Assembly: GCA_965644295.1 (NCBI GenBank)
Contig: CBFFRP010000277.1
Coordinates: 1 to 64,000, forward strand
Length of the DNA stretch: 64,000 bases
Direction: 5' to 3'
DNA from: Paraphysomonas bandaiensis
Taxonomy: Eukaryota > Protista > Chrysophyceae
Shown: positions 26,816-39,637 of the stretch, piece after piece
How the letters are laid out: each line of letters begins with the position of its first letter
How positions within the stretch are numbered: position 1 is the stretch's first letter
Notes under the pieces: generated by a model
What the model was told of the DNA's origin: nothing
The model's input: only the letters and a program-made list of their open reading frames with translations
Database searches by the model: none
Position numbers and translations under genes: made by a program

Positions 26816-29800
26816 ATGTCATCATGGACAGGGGCCAGTGTGTGGTGCATGACCGATGTCCCGAACGGCAAATGGATCGCTTCAACAGTTATTAAAGCGG
26901 ATGATTTCAGCAGTGAAGGTAGCGGATGGGCCTTCTTGGTGTCCCTTGAAGATGGTGAAACAACAACTATATATACCAAACCAGTTGATAGATTTAATTT
27001 GGAGTTCGAGTGGATCAAGAGGCGTGAGGTCGATAGAGTAGATCACGTAAAGATAGACGATATGACATCTTTGACTCACCTCAATGAACCAGAAATAATA
27101 GAGTGTCTTTGGCAACGTTATAAGAAAGACTTTATGTACACTTCTACGGGGCCTATACTGCTGGCAGTGAATCCATATAAGCAGTTGCCGATTTATGACG
27201 AAACTACAATTGACAAATATTTTGACGCCGGTGGAAGTCAGGCAACTACAACGTCGGCGCTTTTTCCCCACGTGTTTCAAATATGCGACAATGCCTATAG
27301 AAAAATGCTTTACGATAAATTTAATCCTTACAAGCGTGAAAATCAGTCTATCCTTGTCAATGGTGAATCAGGTAGCACTTCTATATATTCCTGACAAAAA
27401 CTTTGTCTTAACAGTTAGAAACTATTCAGGGGCCGGAAAAACGGAGTCAACGAAACATTGCCTTCATTATCTGGCAGTTGTTTCCTCCAAAGTTGCTTCT
27501 TGTATGGGCTTGGACTCTGAGAGTGGTGATATAGAAAACCAGATACTGGCTTCTAATCCTATCACTGAATCACTTGGAAATGCGCGCACCACTCGCAACA
27601 ACAACTCGTCCAGATTCGGAAAGTTTATAGAGCTTGGGTACACTGCAGATGGTATAATTGATAGTGCCAGCATACGCACGTATTTGCTTGAGTCTGTGAG
27701 GGTTGTATCTCATATGGAGGGTGAACGGAATTTTCACGTGTTCTATGAAATTGCAGCTGCCTTGCCACCTGCCAAGCTGCAGGAGATGGGGTTTACGTCG
27801 ATAGCAGATTTTAAGTATACTAACTGCACTGTGAGTTCGAGGACGGTGGATCCAATGGGTGAGGAGTATCAGCATGACAAAGCGAACTACGAGGTATTCA
27901 TGGAAGCGCTTCAGACCATGAACGTGGACACTGACATCCAGGAAATGATTGTGCGTACAGCTGTGGCGGTCCTGCACATCGGCAATCTCACATTTACTGA
28001 GTCCTCTGCAGCAGGTGATGAGTCAGCACTATACGCCGCGGAGGCGATGAATCACGTTCGGCAAGTGTGTGACCTATTGGAGATCGAGGACGAGAACCTA
28101 ATGAGTGCAGTGGGGCGGAGGAGCATATCCGTTGCCGGTACAACCACTACCAAGACTCTAGGAGTGCAAGATGCTATGCATGCCAAAGATAACTTCGCAC
28201 GACATGTGTACAGTAATTTATTTGCCTGGGTACTTGCGGCGGTGAATGATGCTCTTCAGTCATGTTCAGGTGAAGCCATAGCCTCGCATATAGGTGTGCT
28301 TGATATATTTGGATTCGAGTTTTTCGAGAAAAATTCTTTTGAGCAATTATGTATCAACTATACGAACGAGAAACTCCAAGTGAGTAATTTGTTTGCAATG
28401 TATTGACACTAACGTCCTCTCAGGACCACTTCAACAACACTATATTTCGTACAGAGCAAGAATTGTATAAACAAGAAGGCATCGCTTGGACATTTGTCGA
28501 ATACCCCGACAATTCGCAGCGCCTGGATCTTCTAGAAAATAAGAAAACTGGCATATTCGCACTTTGTGACGAGAGATTGAAACTCAAGTCTGCCGTATCT
28601 CATGAGGGACTAGCAAAAGATATGTATGTGAAATGCGCCCACAGCCCTTTTTTCCATGCAAATGCACAGCAGAAGCGGCAACACCAATTCGTGATGCGAC
28701 ATTTCGCTGGAGATGTGCTTTATGACACAGCACTGTTTCTGGAGAAGAACCGGAGCGAGGTCGCACCGGAATTGGGGGATTGCCTGCGAGCCTCCATGAG
28801 CTCATTCGTACGCGAGCTAGCAGATGGATTTGACTCCGGTGCAGAATACAGTAGTCCCAGTCGGTCACTTTCATTTCGACTTAATTCCCCTGTAATGAAG
28901 TCTCAAAGTGAAAAAGTGATTGGAGGGCGACATAGTCCTCGATTCTCAGCCCCTTCTGCCTTAACGCCTGTGAAGGGCAAAGTATCGTTTCTTAAGGAAG
29001 AGGAGGGAACACCAACCCCAGGCAAGGGTATCACCCCTCCAGGCAAGCGTACCCCTGTGAAGTATAGCCCGGGTCTGTCACGTGCAACGAGCGCTATCAT
29101 GGGTACTGCCACCAGAGGACAGATGCGTTCCGGTCAATCCCCTAAGTTGATGCCTCTTCGAAGGAAACGTTTAAACACAGTGCTTTCGCAGTTTACAAAG
29201 CAGCTCCACGACCTGATGGTCTCAATCCAAGCAACCCGGAGCCACTTCATTCGGTGTATAAAGCCTAACGTATGGATGAAGCCTGACTCATTTGACCGCC
29301 AACTTGTCATGTCACAGCTTCGATGCGGGGGTACATTGGGGGCGGTGCAAGTTTTTCGGGCTGGATTTCCAAATCGCTTTGAATTTTCTTCCTTTGTCGA
29401 TAAATATTCTGCGTTAGCATTTGTGTCTGGAACTAATCCGCTTACGAAGGACTTTTATAAGCTGAGAAAACAAGCTATTCTAACAGGACAGGACTTTTTT
29501 TGGAGCGCTGCTAGCGAGATTCTCATGCGACTTGTCCCTGTAACGGAAGCCATTCTCACTGCTCTTGGGGTGTTACCACACAGTGGGAGTGCAGATTCCA
29601 TTCAGGGTGAACACAGTAGCATTGGTACCATCGAGCTCTCCTACTCGATGTCTGATGTGGACAACAGCAGACATGCGTTGGTCCAAGAAGGAATGTGCAT
29701 GGGTCGTAGCCAGATCTTTCTCCGTGCCCCAGTGTTTGACTACCTGGAGCAGTTGCTCCATCGATCATGTACGCTTGTTGCACAACTCGTACAGAGGCGG

Positions 29801-30764
29801 TGGCGTGCTCGCAGAGAAGTGAGAGGTGCAGGCACGAAATCTGCGCTGCAACTGGAGCGGAGCATGTCGTCTGTCAGCCGCATTGCATCAGCAGTAGCTT
29901 CTTTTTCAGAAAGAAAGCGACATTTGGCTATACACATCATTGCTTCCGTAGTCATAATTCAACGCAGGTTGCGAGTGTTTATTGCTTCGATTAGGTTAAG
30001 ACGTGCACGATTCATGAGCGTGTGGGTCTCATCTCACTACCGCGGATACCGAGCACGTGTTGGCGTACGACGTCTTAAGAACATCAATGCGGCATCTATC
30101 CAACGAGTTTGGCGTGGTCTAGTGCAACGTACCTGGTACCGGACACTGAAGAGAGGAGTGACAATTATTCAGCAGTGGGTACGCAGGATAAGGTACAGAA
30201 TTTTACGACGCAACGAGATGGCCCGGATGATAAGGGCAGAGTGGGGAACCACTCGTCTGCAGTCTCTGTGGAGGAGAAAGTCGGCTAGACGGACATCGTT
30301 GTCGTTAGCAGCGGCAAAGGTTGATATGCACCTGTAGTGAAGCGTAATATAAACTTTTGTTTAATGTTCAGGAGAATGAGATGAGAATAAAGAGAGAAGA
30401 AGAAATTCAGCGACGCGAGCAGATATTGGTATGTGTAGCTATTTCCAAATTGGTGTGTTTCACTTGGACTCAGGGACAATTGATCAAGAGGTTCGACGCA
30501 AACCCAAAGTTGATGGAAGCATTTATGCACGATGACTCTCTGGTCGATACTCTGGTTGCTCATGCTACTAAAGCTGAAGATTCCATTGAGACTAAACCTC
30601 CTGTTCGAAGTCCTCTACATATTGATTCTCAATCGTCATCGTCCCCACCATCGGATGATGTCGCTTGCCTGAAACAACAAATAGCAGAGTTGGAAGCTCA
30701 CGTGGAAAGCCTACAAGAACAGTTACAACGCAAACGTTCTGTTTTTTTCAGTTGTTGCACATAA
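26816..30764 (+). CDS. Myosin heavy chain (unconventional; motor domain, multiple IQ motifs, short coiled-coil tail)
   Basis: DDMTSLTHLNEP, P-loop GESG|AGKTES across an intron, switch I NNNSSRFGK, switch II DIFGFE, HFIRCIKPN, IQxxxRG repeats. 4 GT-AG introns. Confidence 0.96.
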
Positions 30765-31183
30765 CGACAATGTTTAGACTTTAGACATATATACATAGCT
30801 AGTCATTTTCTTCCTACTGAAGTAAAGCCAATCAATTGAATAGTTATTCATCTCTTGGTGTGTCAAGCCGTTATTTTTACTTCTCTCTAAGAGATACATG
30901 TAAAATGTAAAGTGATGATATCATTGCCAAGTAACAAATATTATTATTACGATGCTGGTTCAAGCTTTGTTGTTACCTCAGAAAGCTGTACAAATTTACA
31001 CTAGGTCCTTCAACTAATTGACTACATTTTTACACCAATTCTGGTGTGACTAGGAAATTGTATCTATTAGGCTACGTCCAATACTACAACCCAATTTACA
31101 AAGATAAATCATTTTAATAAAACTACAGTTTTAATAACTATCGCAACGTAGTCATTAAATGTAGCTTGTATGACTGAAATATT

Positions 31184-32582
31184 CTATACGTCACTCTCTT
31201 CGTCAGACCTATAACTATGACTACCATCATAGCCATATCTACCAAACTTCGAGTTGTCTAAACTATTGGTCGCATCATCATGAGGACAATTTTCATGCGA
31301 ATGATCAGGTTCACCACAATAATCGCATACAACCGGTTTGTGCTTCTTCGTACTAGATGTCTTGCGAGACGACTGGGTTAATTCATCGTTCACAAACCCT
31401 GCAGGTTGTAGGGGGTCGATTCCGAGACGGCGCAGGATATCGAAGTGTTTCTTTTCCCTTTCTTTGAAGCTCTAATGTGGTTACAATATAGGCCATATTA
31501 AATAATGACACAGACAATAATATATAATACCTTGGCTTCCGCCGGAGAGCTCGCTTGCTGCAGAAGATATACGATGCTGTCTAAGTTCTCAGACCGATAG
31601 TATACACTCCCTCGCCGCTTATCGCCTATGTATACGCCACCATCAAACGCATGATGCACCACTGTTATCGGTCAAACCTCTGTCATTGCATATAGGACAA
31701 ATGGACCCCCCCTTCTTCATATGGCTTTCGATACAGGCTCGGCAGAATCCATGAGAACAACTGCGTATGTCAGTCAGTATCATTACTACATGGAAAAAAG
31801 AAGTAGTACTCACCTCATCACTACGGCATCCAGCAAAGTGAGGTGACATATAGCGCACTTAAGCATATCCTGTAGTGCGGAAAAGTCTATTACACAAGTA
31901 GCTAACGAATCCTTTCGTCTTTCTTCAGATGCCTTTTTTTCAGCTTCCTCTAGGCGGCTACACGTTTCCAAGTACTTCTGTTGCAATAAGAGGTAGGCTT
32001 CGCTTTCCTCCGGAATAGAAGGGGCAACAGAACTCGACAACTTCACTTTCTTGCCGGAAGAGCTTCGTTTACCGTCTCCACTGCTCGTTATATTAGCCTT
32101 TACCGTGTCATTACTACGTAGCGGAGTGCCGCGTGTGTATGAGAATCTGTAGCGTGCATTCTCTGCAGAACATTTCAGCATTTTTCCCACAGGCACTTTA
32201 GCCACACCACCGAACTATTTCTTTCTGTTAATGCATAATACAACTCTGTATTTGACGATACCTGTACAATGTCTCCGTCCTGCAGAGTGCATGAGTCTAT
32301 TCGACAGGAGTTAACGAACACGCCATTAGTGGACCCTAAATCACGAATAACATAATCGCCCTGTATAGTGCCGACTACTTCAGCATGAGTCCTGGATATG
32401 ACTTCTTTATCATCTACTCGAATAGACAGCACAGCATCAACTGATACATTAGGAGAGCCTCTGCCTATGATGAGCCTCCCTTTCGATAGCTTAATCACAG
32501 GGGGTACGCTGACAGCACCAGATATATCAGAGGAATCACCTACAAGCGTTAAATAGGCGCCATGATCTCTGGATCGCTTCAT
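31184..32582 (-). CDS. FHA-RING E3 ubiquitin ligase (CHFR/RNF8-like) with C-terminal CCHC zinc knuckle
   Basis: FHA motifs IIGRG...ISRTHA...DLGSTNGVFVN. RING CAIC...CSHGFCRAC...CPIC is split by an intron. CDYCGEPDHSHENC in the last exon. Confidence 0.85.
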
Positions 32583-33150
32583 TCTAAAGATGTGGCAAAT
32601 TAACCACCTTAATAATTATAGCATTTCTTGTTCTGTGTATCCATACTGTGAACTGTGCTGATGTACTCTCTGCAGATGTGGTGCTTGTACTGCTGTGTGA
32701 CTGCAGCACTGTGTACACACACAGAGTACCAGTATGTACGAACTGAAAAAATAGAAAAAAAAACTTCTCTATAAAAGAGACAAAAACGGACAGTACCCGG
32801 ACTTCGCACGTGGTCACCCACCGTACTACTAACCGGGCCAGATGCAACTTAACTTCCGCGAGCGGAACGAGAGCGGGTGCGGTTTGCATTGTATGACCGT
32901 CCATACCGACTAGACCTGATTTTAGATATAGAAATACAGTGTTTGCTGCTACATTCGTACAGGTACTGTAGGTAGGTACGATGTTGGTAGGTAGGTAAGT
33001 ACGAAGATTGGGAGACATCAACAAGAATATCGGGAGCAGTGATCAGTGTATCACTTCGATTAGTCCAAGATTACTTATTGACCTGCTGATGGATGGAGTT
33101 AAGATATACGTATATAACCGCACATAGTGACGGTATATCTGTATAGACTG

Positions 33151-34943
33151 ATGTCATCGGCCTACAAGGATGAGCACGAGGCCTTTGTGAGTAACCTCAA
33201 GGGGACATCTCTGAGCTGCGTACTTGTATGCTTAGCACATGTTCCTGCCTGTATATTATTGCTTAAGCTCGTTCAGGTAATATACTGTGAATTGATAGAT
33301 GCTCTCATCAGTGGTATGCGTATAGGCGTGGAGGAGACCCCGTATACTGAGAGATCTCTTTGTTCTTGTCTACCCCCTTATGTTTAGTCTTACTATATTT
33401 TCTGGACATGGATACTGGAGCTTACCGAGCCTTTTTTCGATTGCTTTCATGATATCTCAATTGAAAGGTGATCGCCGGGGTGCGGGTCTTAGCTCCGATC
33501 ACTTTGGTTCCACCACTCTGGAGGATTCTCAAACTAAATTGTCTTATTTATCTCTATTTAAAGGAAGCAATATGCTACTTACTTGTATTTGTATATTGGC
33601 GATTGACTTTAAGGTGATGTTGATATACGCTGCATTTTCTGTGCGTTATGGGTATTTCGTAGATATTTCCTCGGCGATTTGCCAAAACTGAGAATTTTGG
33701 AATTAGCTTGATGGATGTTGGTGCCGGGACATTTGTAGTTGCTTCCGCTATAACTTCCCGGTATGCTCGTGGTAAAATTTCATTACCCAGTGTGTCTGCG
33801 GACGCAAGGAAGAGCTCGAATATGCTTGCAGGGGTCTGGCAAAAAGTCGCAGTCCTTTGTCTGGGGGTGGGACGTATGATAATTGTCAAAGTGATGAACT
33901 ACCAAGAACATGTCTCTGAGTATGGTGTGCATTGGAACTTTTTTGTTACTCTCTTCTTCTTGTGGGTACTAGCTGATGGGGCACACTGTATTCTCCCTCG
34001 AACTGGTTGGAGTATTCCTATCTTCTCTCTCCTGATGTTGCTGTCCTACCAGCTCTTGCTTACTCATACCCGACTGACAGATTTCCTCCTCTCTGCTCCC
34101 CGCACCACATTTCTTTCGCAGAACAGGGAAGGTATATTCTCTCTTCTGGGGTACCTGCCACTTTACCTCCTATCAGAGTGGTTCGCCGCACGGGTGTTCT
34201 TTGATAGAGCTTCTCAGAAGCCACTCTCCGGTCAACAAGAAGGAGACACGCTCGTGCGTGAGGAAAGTGCAGGAGCATTTACCCGACCGCTTGAAGAAAT
34301 AGAGGCTGCACGAGGGACTGTTGTCGTAGGAGGAACATCTTCCTCTCATCAACGCACACATAGGGCGGATTCCGGTTCTTCAACGGGTGATATCCACCCT
34401 GTTGTGATGGGTTCTGCCCCATCTGTCACGTCTGTTACTGTCCAGGGTGAAGATGAAACTGACCCAGCAGCAGATGATGAAAATAACAAAATCAAGGGAA
34501 ATGGAGACCCACTGGGATCTAGGTGGAAGCAGCTCACAATTCAACCAAAGCGACGAATTCTCAATCATATACTGGGCGGATTAATTGTGTGTTTCACTTT
34601 GTGGGTTGTAGGAACCACAATGCAGCCAACATCAAGACGATTGGCAAATCTTCCGTTTGTAGCGGTGGTGCTGACCATTTGCTTGTCGATGATTGCATTT
34701 TTAGTAGTGGTAGATACGATAGGTCAGCCGAGCGTGCATATCATGACTCTGATAGCGATGAGCGAGCACCAACTCCCTATTTTTTTGGCAGCCAATGTAA
34801 TGACTGGTGTGGTGAATATGGCTTTTAAAACTATATATGTACCACAACATATGGCTCTTTTGATATTATTACTCTATACAACATTGCTAGTTATAATAGC
34901 CTGGATATTAAAATTTTTAGCAACCAAAAAGAACGATGCGTAA
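33151..34943 (+). CDS. PIGW: GPI inositol acyltransferase GWT1/PIG-W
   Basis: YKDEHEAFVSNLKGTS, LAIDFK|IFPRRFAKTENFGISLMDVGAG, YQEHVSEYGVHWNFF, NREGIFSLLGY, SRRLANL. 2 introns. Confidence 0.95.
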
Positions 34944-35584
34944 TAATATGACAAACATAATTTTTAGTTGATACATTTCAGTGAAGCAACGTTACTTCGA
35001 CTGCAACTTTGTGATTATGTTGACATAAACCACAATCCTGATATCTAATACTATATAATTCGTATATAATGTAAGTTATATATAATACAGAGCAGTTGAT
35101 ATATTGAACGACTATTCAGTTCAGATATCAAACTCAAAATCTCGGAGTTGCGTAAACGAATGTTCGATTGGCTTTCGTTGCGAGTATATTCACTTCCTGT
35201 AAGGAGGTTAAATTATTATACAAATTAGATTTAAGGTTGGTCTTGGTATTTAGTAAGGATACACTTGGTATATATTATTAGAGATAAAGATTGAATGATA
35301 AGGCCTAGTAGTATAATAGCAAGACACGTTTGAGCAGAGCGTTAGCACCACACATATGTGCGTATCTTGTACAGTCGCGTATCATGTATAGTTTGGTAAT
35401 TATTCAGTCTATTTGGTATTTCATTGTATACATGTGTTGTATTCACGCGTTAAGGGATATACGTGAATCAATGACTCTTAATATATACTTTGAAGTCTAT
35501 AATTTCATAGGCGACCACAGACTACTGGGATGCGATCCAGATATATAATTTGATCTTTTTAACTCATTACATACAAATATAAAC

Positions 35585-36406
35585 TCATTTTTTCTTCGCA
35601 TTATTTTTGTACAAAACTGAATCAGTAACATGCTCACCATCATTGGGTGGTTCCCAATCTTTATCAAACGTCTTAACCAATTTCTTCCTTCTTTCTTCAT
35701 TAATGCTGGCTTGATCCACTGCAAACTCCAAGCACCTGATTGAGTTTGCCCCACGCATTTTATCGTATCCACAATTAATAAGCGGCTCAATATGTGCCTC
35801 GTGTAAAGTCATTCCATACGGAATCGAGCCAAGCCTATCCTTCTTAAAAATAAATTTAGGCACAGGAAAATTGGCTTTGAAAGGTTTGACAAAGAGAGTT
35901 GCTTCAGGACGGAAGGCATAGGATGCTGCCAGTTTCTGTCGAAGGTCCTCCACTTCCACATTAAGTTCATCATCTTCGTCATCTCCAGCAGCCATAAATC
36001 TCTTGTATACCTCAATGAAGCCATTGTTTTCATATTGTGTTGCTAATTCAATCGCTGTTTTACTATCCTTGCAACGCACATTCACATCTACTCGCATTGC
36101 CATTAATATAAATGTAATGTCTCTAACGCTTTCTTCAGGGCAATCCATCGCCGCAAGGTGAAGCGCTGTATAGCCACTACTAGACTGCATATCCAGTGAA
36201 GACCGCTTCTGACCACTAGCACTGACTCCCATATCATTAGACACCAATAACTTCACGCACTCAGTATGTCCATTCCACACAGCGTACATGAGTGGTGTGA
36301 TGCCGTACTCGTCAGCAGTGCATGTATTCGCAATTCCCACAAGACTATCTCGGAGCCTTTCATGATCTCCCTCTGTTGCTGATGTTCTGAGGCTATCAAA
36401 ACTCAT
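35585..36406 (-). CDS. Ankyrin-repeat protein
   Basis: GITPLMYAVWNGHTECVKLL, GYTALHLAA, KTAIELA. The start may lie in a short upstream exon. Confidence 0.85.
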   Translation of the reverse strand: MSFDSLRTSATEGDHERLRDSLVGIANTCTADEYGITPLMYAVWNGHTECVKLLVSNDMGVSASGQKRSSLDMQSSSGYTALHLAAMDCPEESVRDITFILMAMRVDVNVRCKDSKTAIELATQYENNGFIEVYKRFMAAGDDEDDELNVEVEDLRQKLAASYAFRPEATLFVKPFKANFPVPKFIFKKDRLGSIPYGMTLHEAHIEPLINCGYDKMRGANSIRCLEFAVDQASINEERRKKLVKTFDKDWEPPNDGEHVTDSVLYKNNAKKK

Positions 36407-38089
36407 GCTCCACCTCAAGAAGGATCGATGAGACGAACCAACCTGCTGGTCGGCAATGTAACTGTGCAGATAGCATACTGTACATCGCTCGTAAACACAA
36501 CAACGAATAGTGCCGTTTTTTTCTCATTGTTCTTTTTCGTAATCTGAAATCATGGTATAAATATTCTAATTTTTAACAAAACCTCTTATATTTGTATTTT
36601 GATGGAAAGTGCTTTGATGAGCTTTGCTTGTGGTATACCGCCATACATAGTCATGGATATGGTTATAGGCATCTTCAAGAGTGGAATGAGATCTTCCTGC
36701 TGTCTGTACATGACTCATGACTCTTGTATATACTTATAGATATACCGGTGAGGTTTATAAGCGTTATGATAAGCTTAACTTGATAGTTATATTATTGCAA
36801 CGACTTCACACATGTCAACCTCCTCTTCACATCCTTTACATGTACAGCACAACACACGTATAGTAGTAGCGTGCTGGTAAGTTCAAACAGTAATTAGTTC
36901 TTTAACACTTTGATACACAAAAACAAGACTTTTTCTTTGAATTCATTTTAACAATAGTGATGTAACTTCTGCATACTACTTTAGAATAACTGTTCGATTT
37001 ACCTTATACATAAGCAGTATCACTGAGATACGATCAGTGAATGGCCTTTGTCGGCTTGATTAAACTTTAGAAGGTCCACGCTCTTTAAACTCATCACTCG
37101 TTATGGATTTTTAAGCAGTACTTCGAAGCAGAGGTATTTCTTGAGAATAACAGCAAACACTGCACTGACTTAGACGGCAAAGTTTTTGGGTTAACATGAT
37201 TATTATCGTGTCTAATAAACGATACCGATTATTAAGTTGTACAAGTGAAACCGATGAATTACTAAAAGTTATAAACTTTTTTGACGCATACAAAGTAAAA
37301 GGTCACTGTGATACATGTAAACGTATTCGTCTACTGAGAGCGGTACAGCCGATTTAAAGTTTAGAAAGCACACCAGCTCAATGATATTTATTGAGATTTC
37401 AACGACTGAAAATCATTTAGAGCATGGGTACATTGCAATGATGACCAGGAGCTTGAAACCCGACAGGGTAGCAAGATTTTAGACTACTTCAAAGGTCGAG
37501 TGTCCCTCGAGAGCTGAACAAAATTTTTAGTCAACAGAGATGAACGTGAGTGTAAAGTCTGAAGCGATAGTTGAGCGCGTGAGAATTTCACTCAGCCATA
37601 ATCGTACCCTCTTTGAAGCCGTAGCATAAGAAAAGCAATAAAGCTTACAATGAATTAGAATATGATAGAAGGACCCCGAATAGCTTCTGTATCATATTAT
37701 ACTTGTAATTTACCACTACAATCTAATCGTCGAATAAAGTCAGTAGTCAGTGCGCTAACATACAGCACATAGAGAGTATTGTTATTTATCAGTTCATTTG
37801 GGTACGAAAAGAAACTTATATACCCCATTAAAAACTCCACCTACATTTTGAAAACTTGGAAGGTGATATAGATAGCAATGGCATTGCAATATATTAATTC
37901 TCGGTCCTCAAAGAGGCACTTAGAATATTTTCGACAAAATAAACAGTTATGGGTCAGCTAATAACTATTTGCTTTGCACTTGTACTACTATATTAGCTAC
38001 TGTCGAGAAAGCAGTCGGCTGAACGACTGTATACGCTACTACGAGAAGGCAGTCGACGGAACGTTCTCTGTCACATGTCCCATCTGCAT

Positions 38090-39107
38090 TTAAAAAGTAG
38101 CCATCTCTGCTCCACCATCACCAGATAAAGAAGAGTACTGGGGGGCATTCTCCAATAACTTTTCCTTGCGAAGCATTGTCACTCGGTATATCATAAAGGA
38201 AACGATTCCCGTCAATGCGATAGTAATCACAAGGAGTGTTACCAACAATCCAATTTGCACTCCCAATCCATCGTAAGAGTCACTGCTTCCACTGGAATCC
38301 TTGTCAGAACACGAGCTTCCAGAATATCCACTGTTGCAGTAGCAATATGCTTTCTTACTTTTGCTATCAAATGCGCAATGTCCATGCGAGTTGCACAGGC
38401 CGTGCTTAGTAATGGGGCACTCCTGCACAACATGTCAGAAAACTGTACTGAACAACTACAGAAGTTCACAACCTTGGGACACCCATAATAACTTCGCATA
38501 ACCATATGGTAATTGCATACATCTGGCTCCAGGGCGGATTCTATCACGCTATCAACGTTGTCGCACACAACATCAATCGTTGCGGATCGGAATGCACCAT
38601 TGGGACACATCTCTCCCAGAGGGTATGTCATGGACACCCCTTTGGTAGGATTTCTCTCGTCAAGAAGATTATAGTCTAAGTCATCTTTTGAACTATCGTA
38701 ACGTCCTATAACGTGGCATTCCTTGTAGTCATCATTAGTCCTATCTAGGAACTGAATTACCGCTCCTTTCTCAGTTGTTGGATCACAAACATCGGATGAT
38801 GGCATAGATTCTGCAGTAACCGACGAACAAAAATTCCATAAATACGAATATGTTGGCTCTTCTTCTGGTGTACAAGGTATATCGCCATCCTTTATGTAAT
38901 AGGATTTTTGACCTTCTTTTCGTATAAGTGGCTTTAAATCGAAGTGAAGACCAGTCAAACTCTTCCACTCACACTGCAACAGTTAACAATGAAGTAAATA
39001 TATGTGCAATTTTTAATACAAGAATCACTAACCGGGACGTCTTTATACTTTGATTCACAAGTAACGACATAAGTACATAGAGCTGATACAAATAGTAAAT
39101 GCTTCAT
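38090..39107 (-). CDS. Type I membrane receptor with mannose-6-phosphate-receptor-homology (CD-MPR/ATG27-like) domain + EGF domain
   Basis: Signal peptide exon (MKHLLFVSALC...). MRH motifs FDLKPL, YLWNFC, KGVSMTYPLGEMC, RSATIDVVC, EPDVCNY..RSYYGCP. EGF CNSHGHC..CYCNSGYSGSSC, TM, cytosolic YSSL. Confidence 0.85.
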
Positions 39108-39637
39108 ATTGCGGGATCAATAGCGGCTAATTCAAATTATATTTCGTTATGATATTGTAATGGCATAAATTAAGGAATTGAAAGGATTTCAATCAGCACA
39201 TTCCTGGTCGATGTGCGTTAATATCGATATGTAAACTGTCAGAGGTATATATGATAATATATACTGTACATATAGGTATGTATGTATGCATGTGTGTATG
39301 ATGTATATGTAGGTGCGATTGTGCGGCAACTATTCACTGATTGATTCCTATAGACCCATGTAAAATACAGACTGTAGTATCCGTAGTTGCTCAAAAGAAT
39401 CTCAGCCGTACTACAATTATACAGTATAATACAGTAAAAGTTCCAGAACGATTGTGATAATTGTGCAGCTATGTGTGACAGGAGTCTGTACATGGCCGTA
39501 CACGTGGAAACACACTTGACCTGTGCTCTCGCCCAGCACATCAACATCATTTAGCGGTCCTGGTTTTAACATACATAGATCTTATATCCTTAGAGTGCTT
39601 CACACATATATCATTATAATTGAATAGCTATTTATCA

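Noticed and set aside
36950-37630. Coding-like stretch between the ankyrin and MRH genes
   Set aside because: Multiple stops in the frames examined and no recognisable motif.
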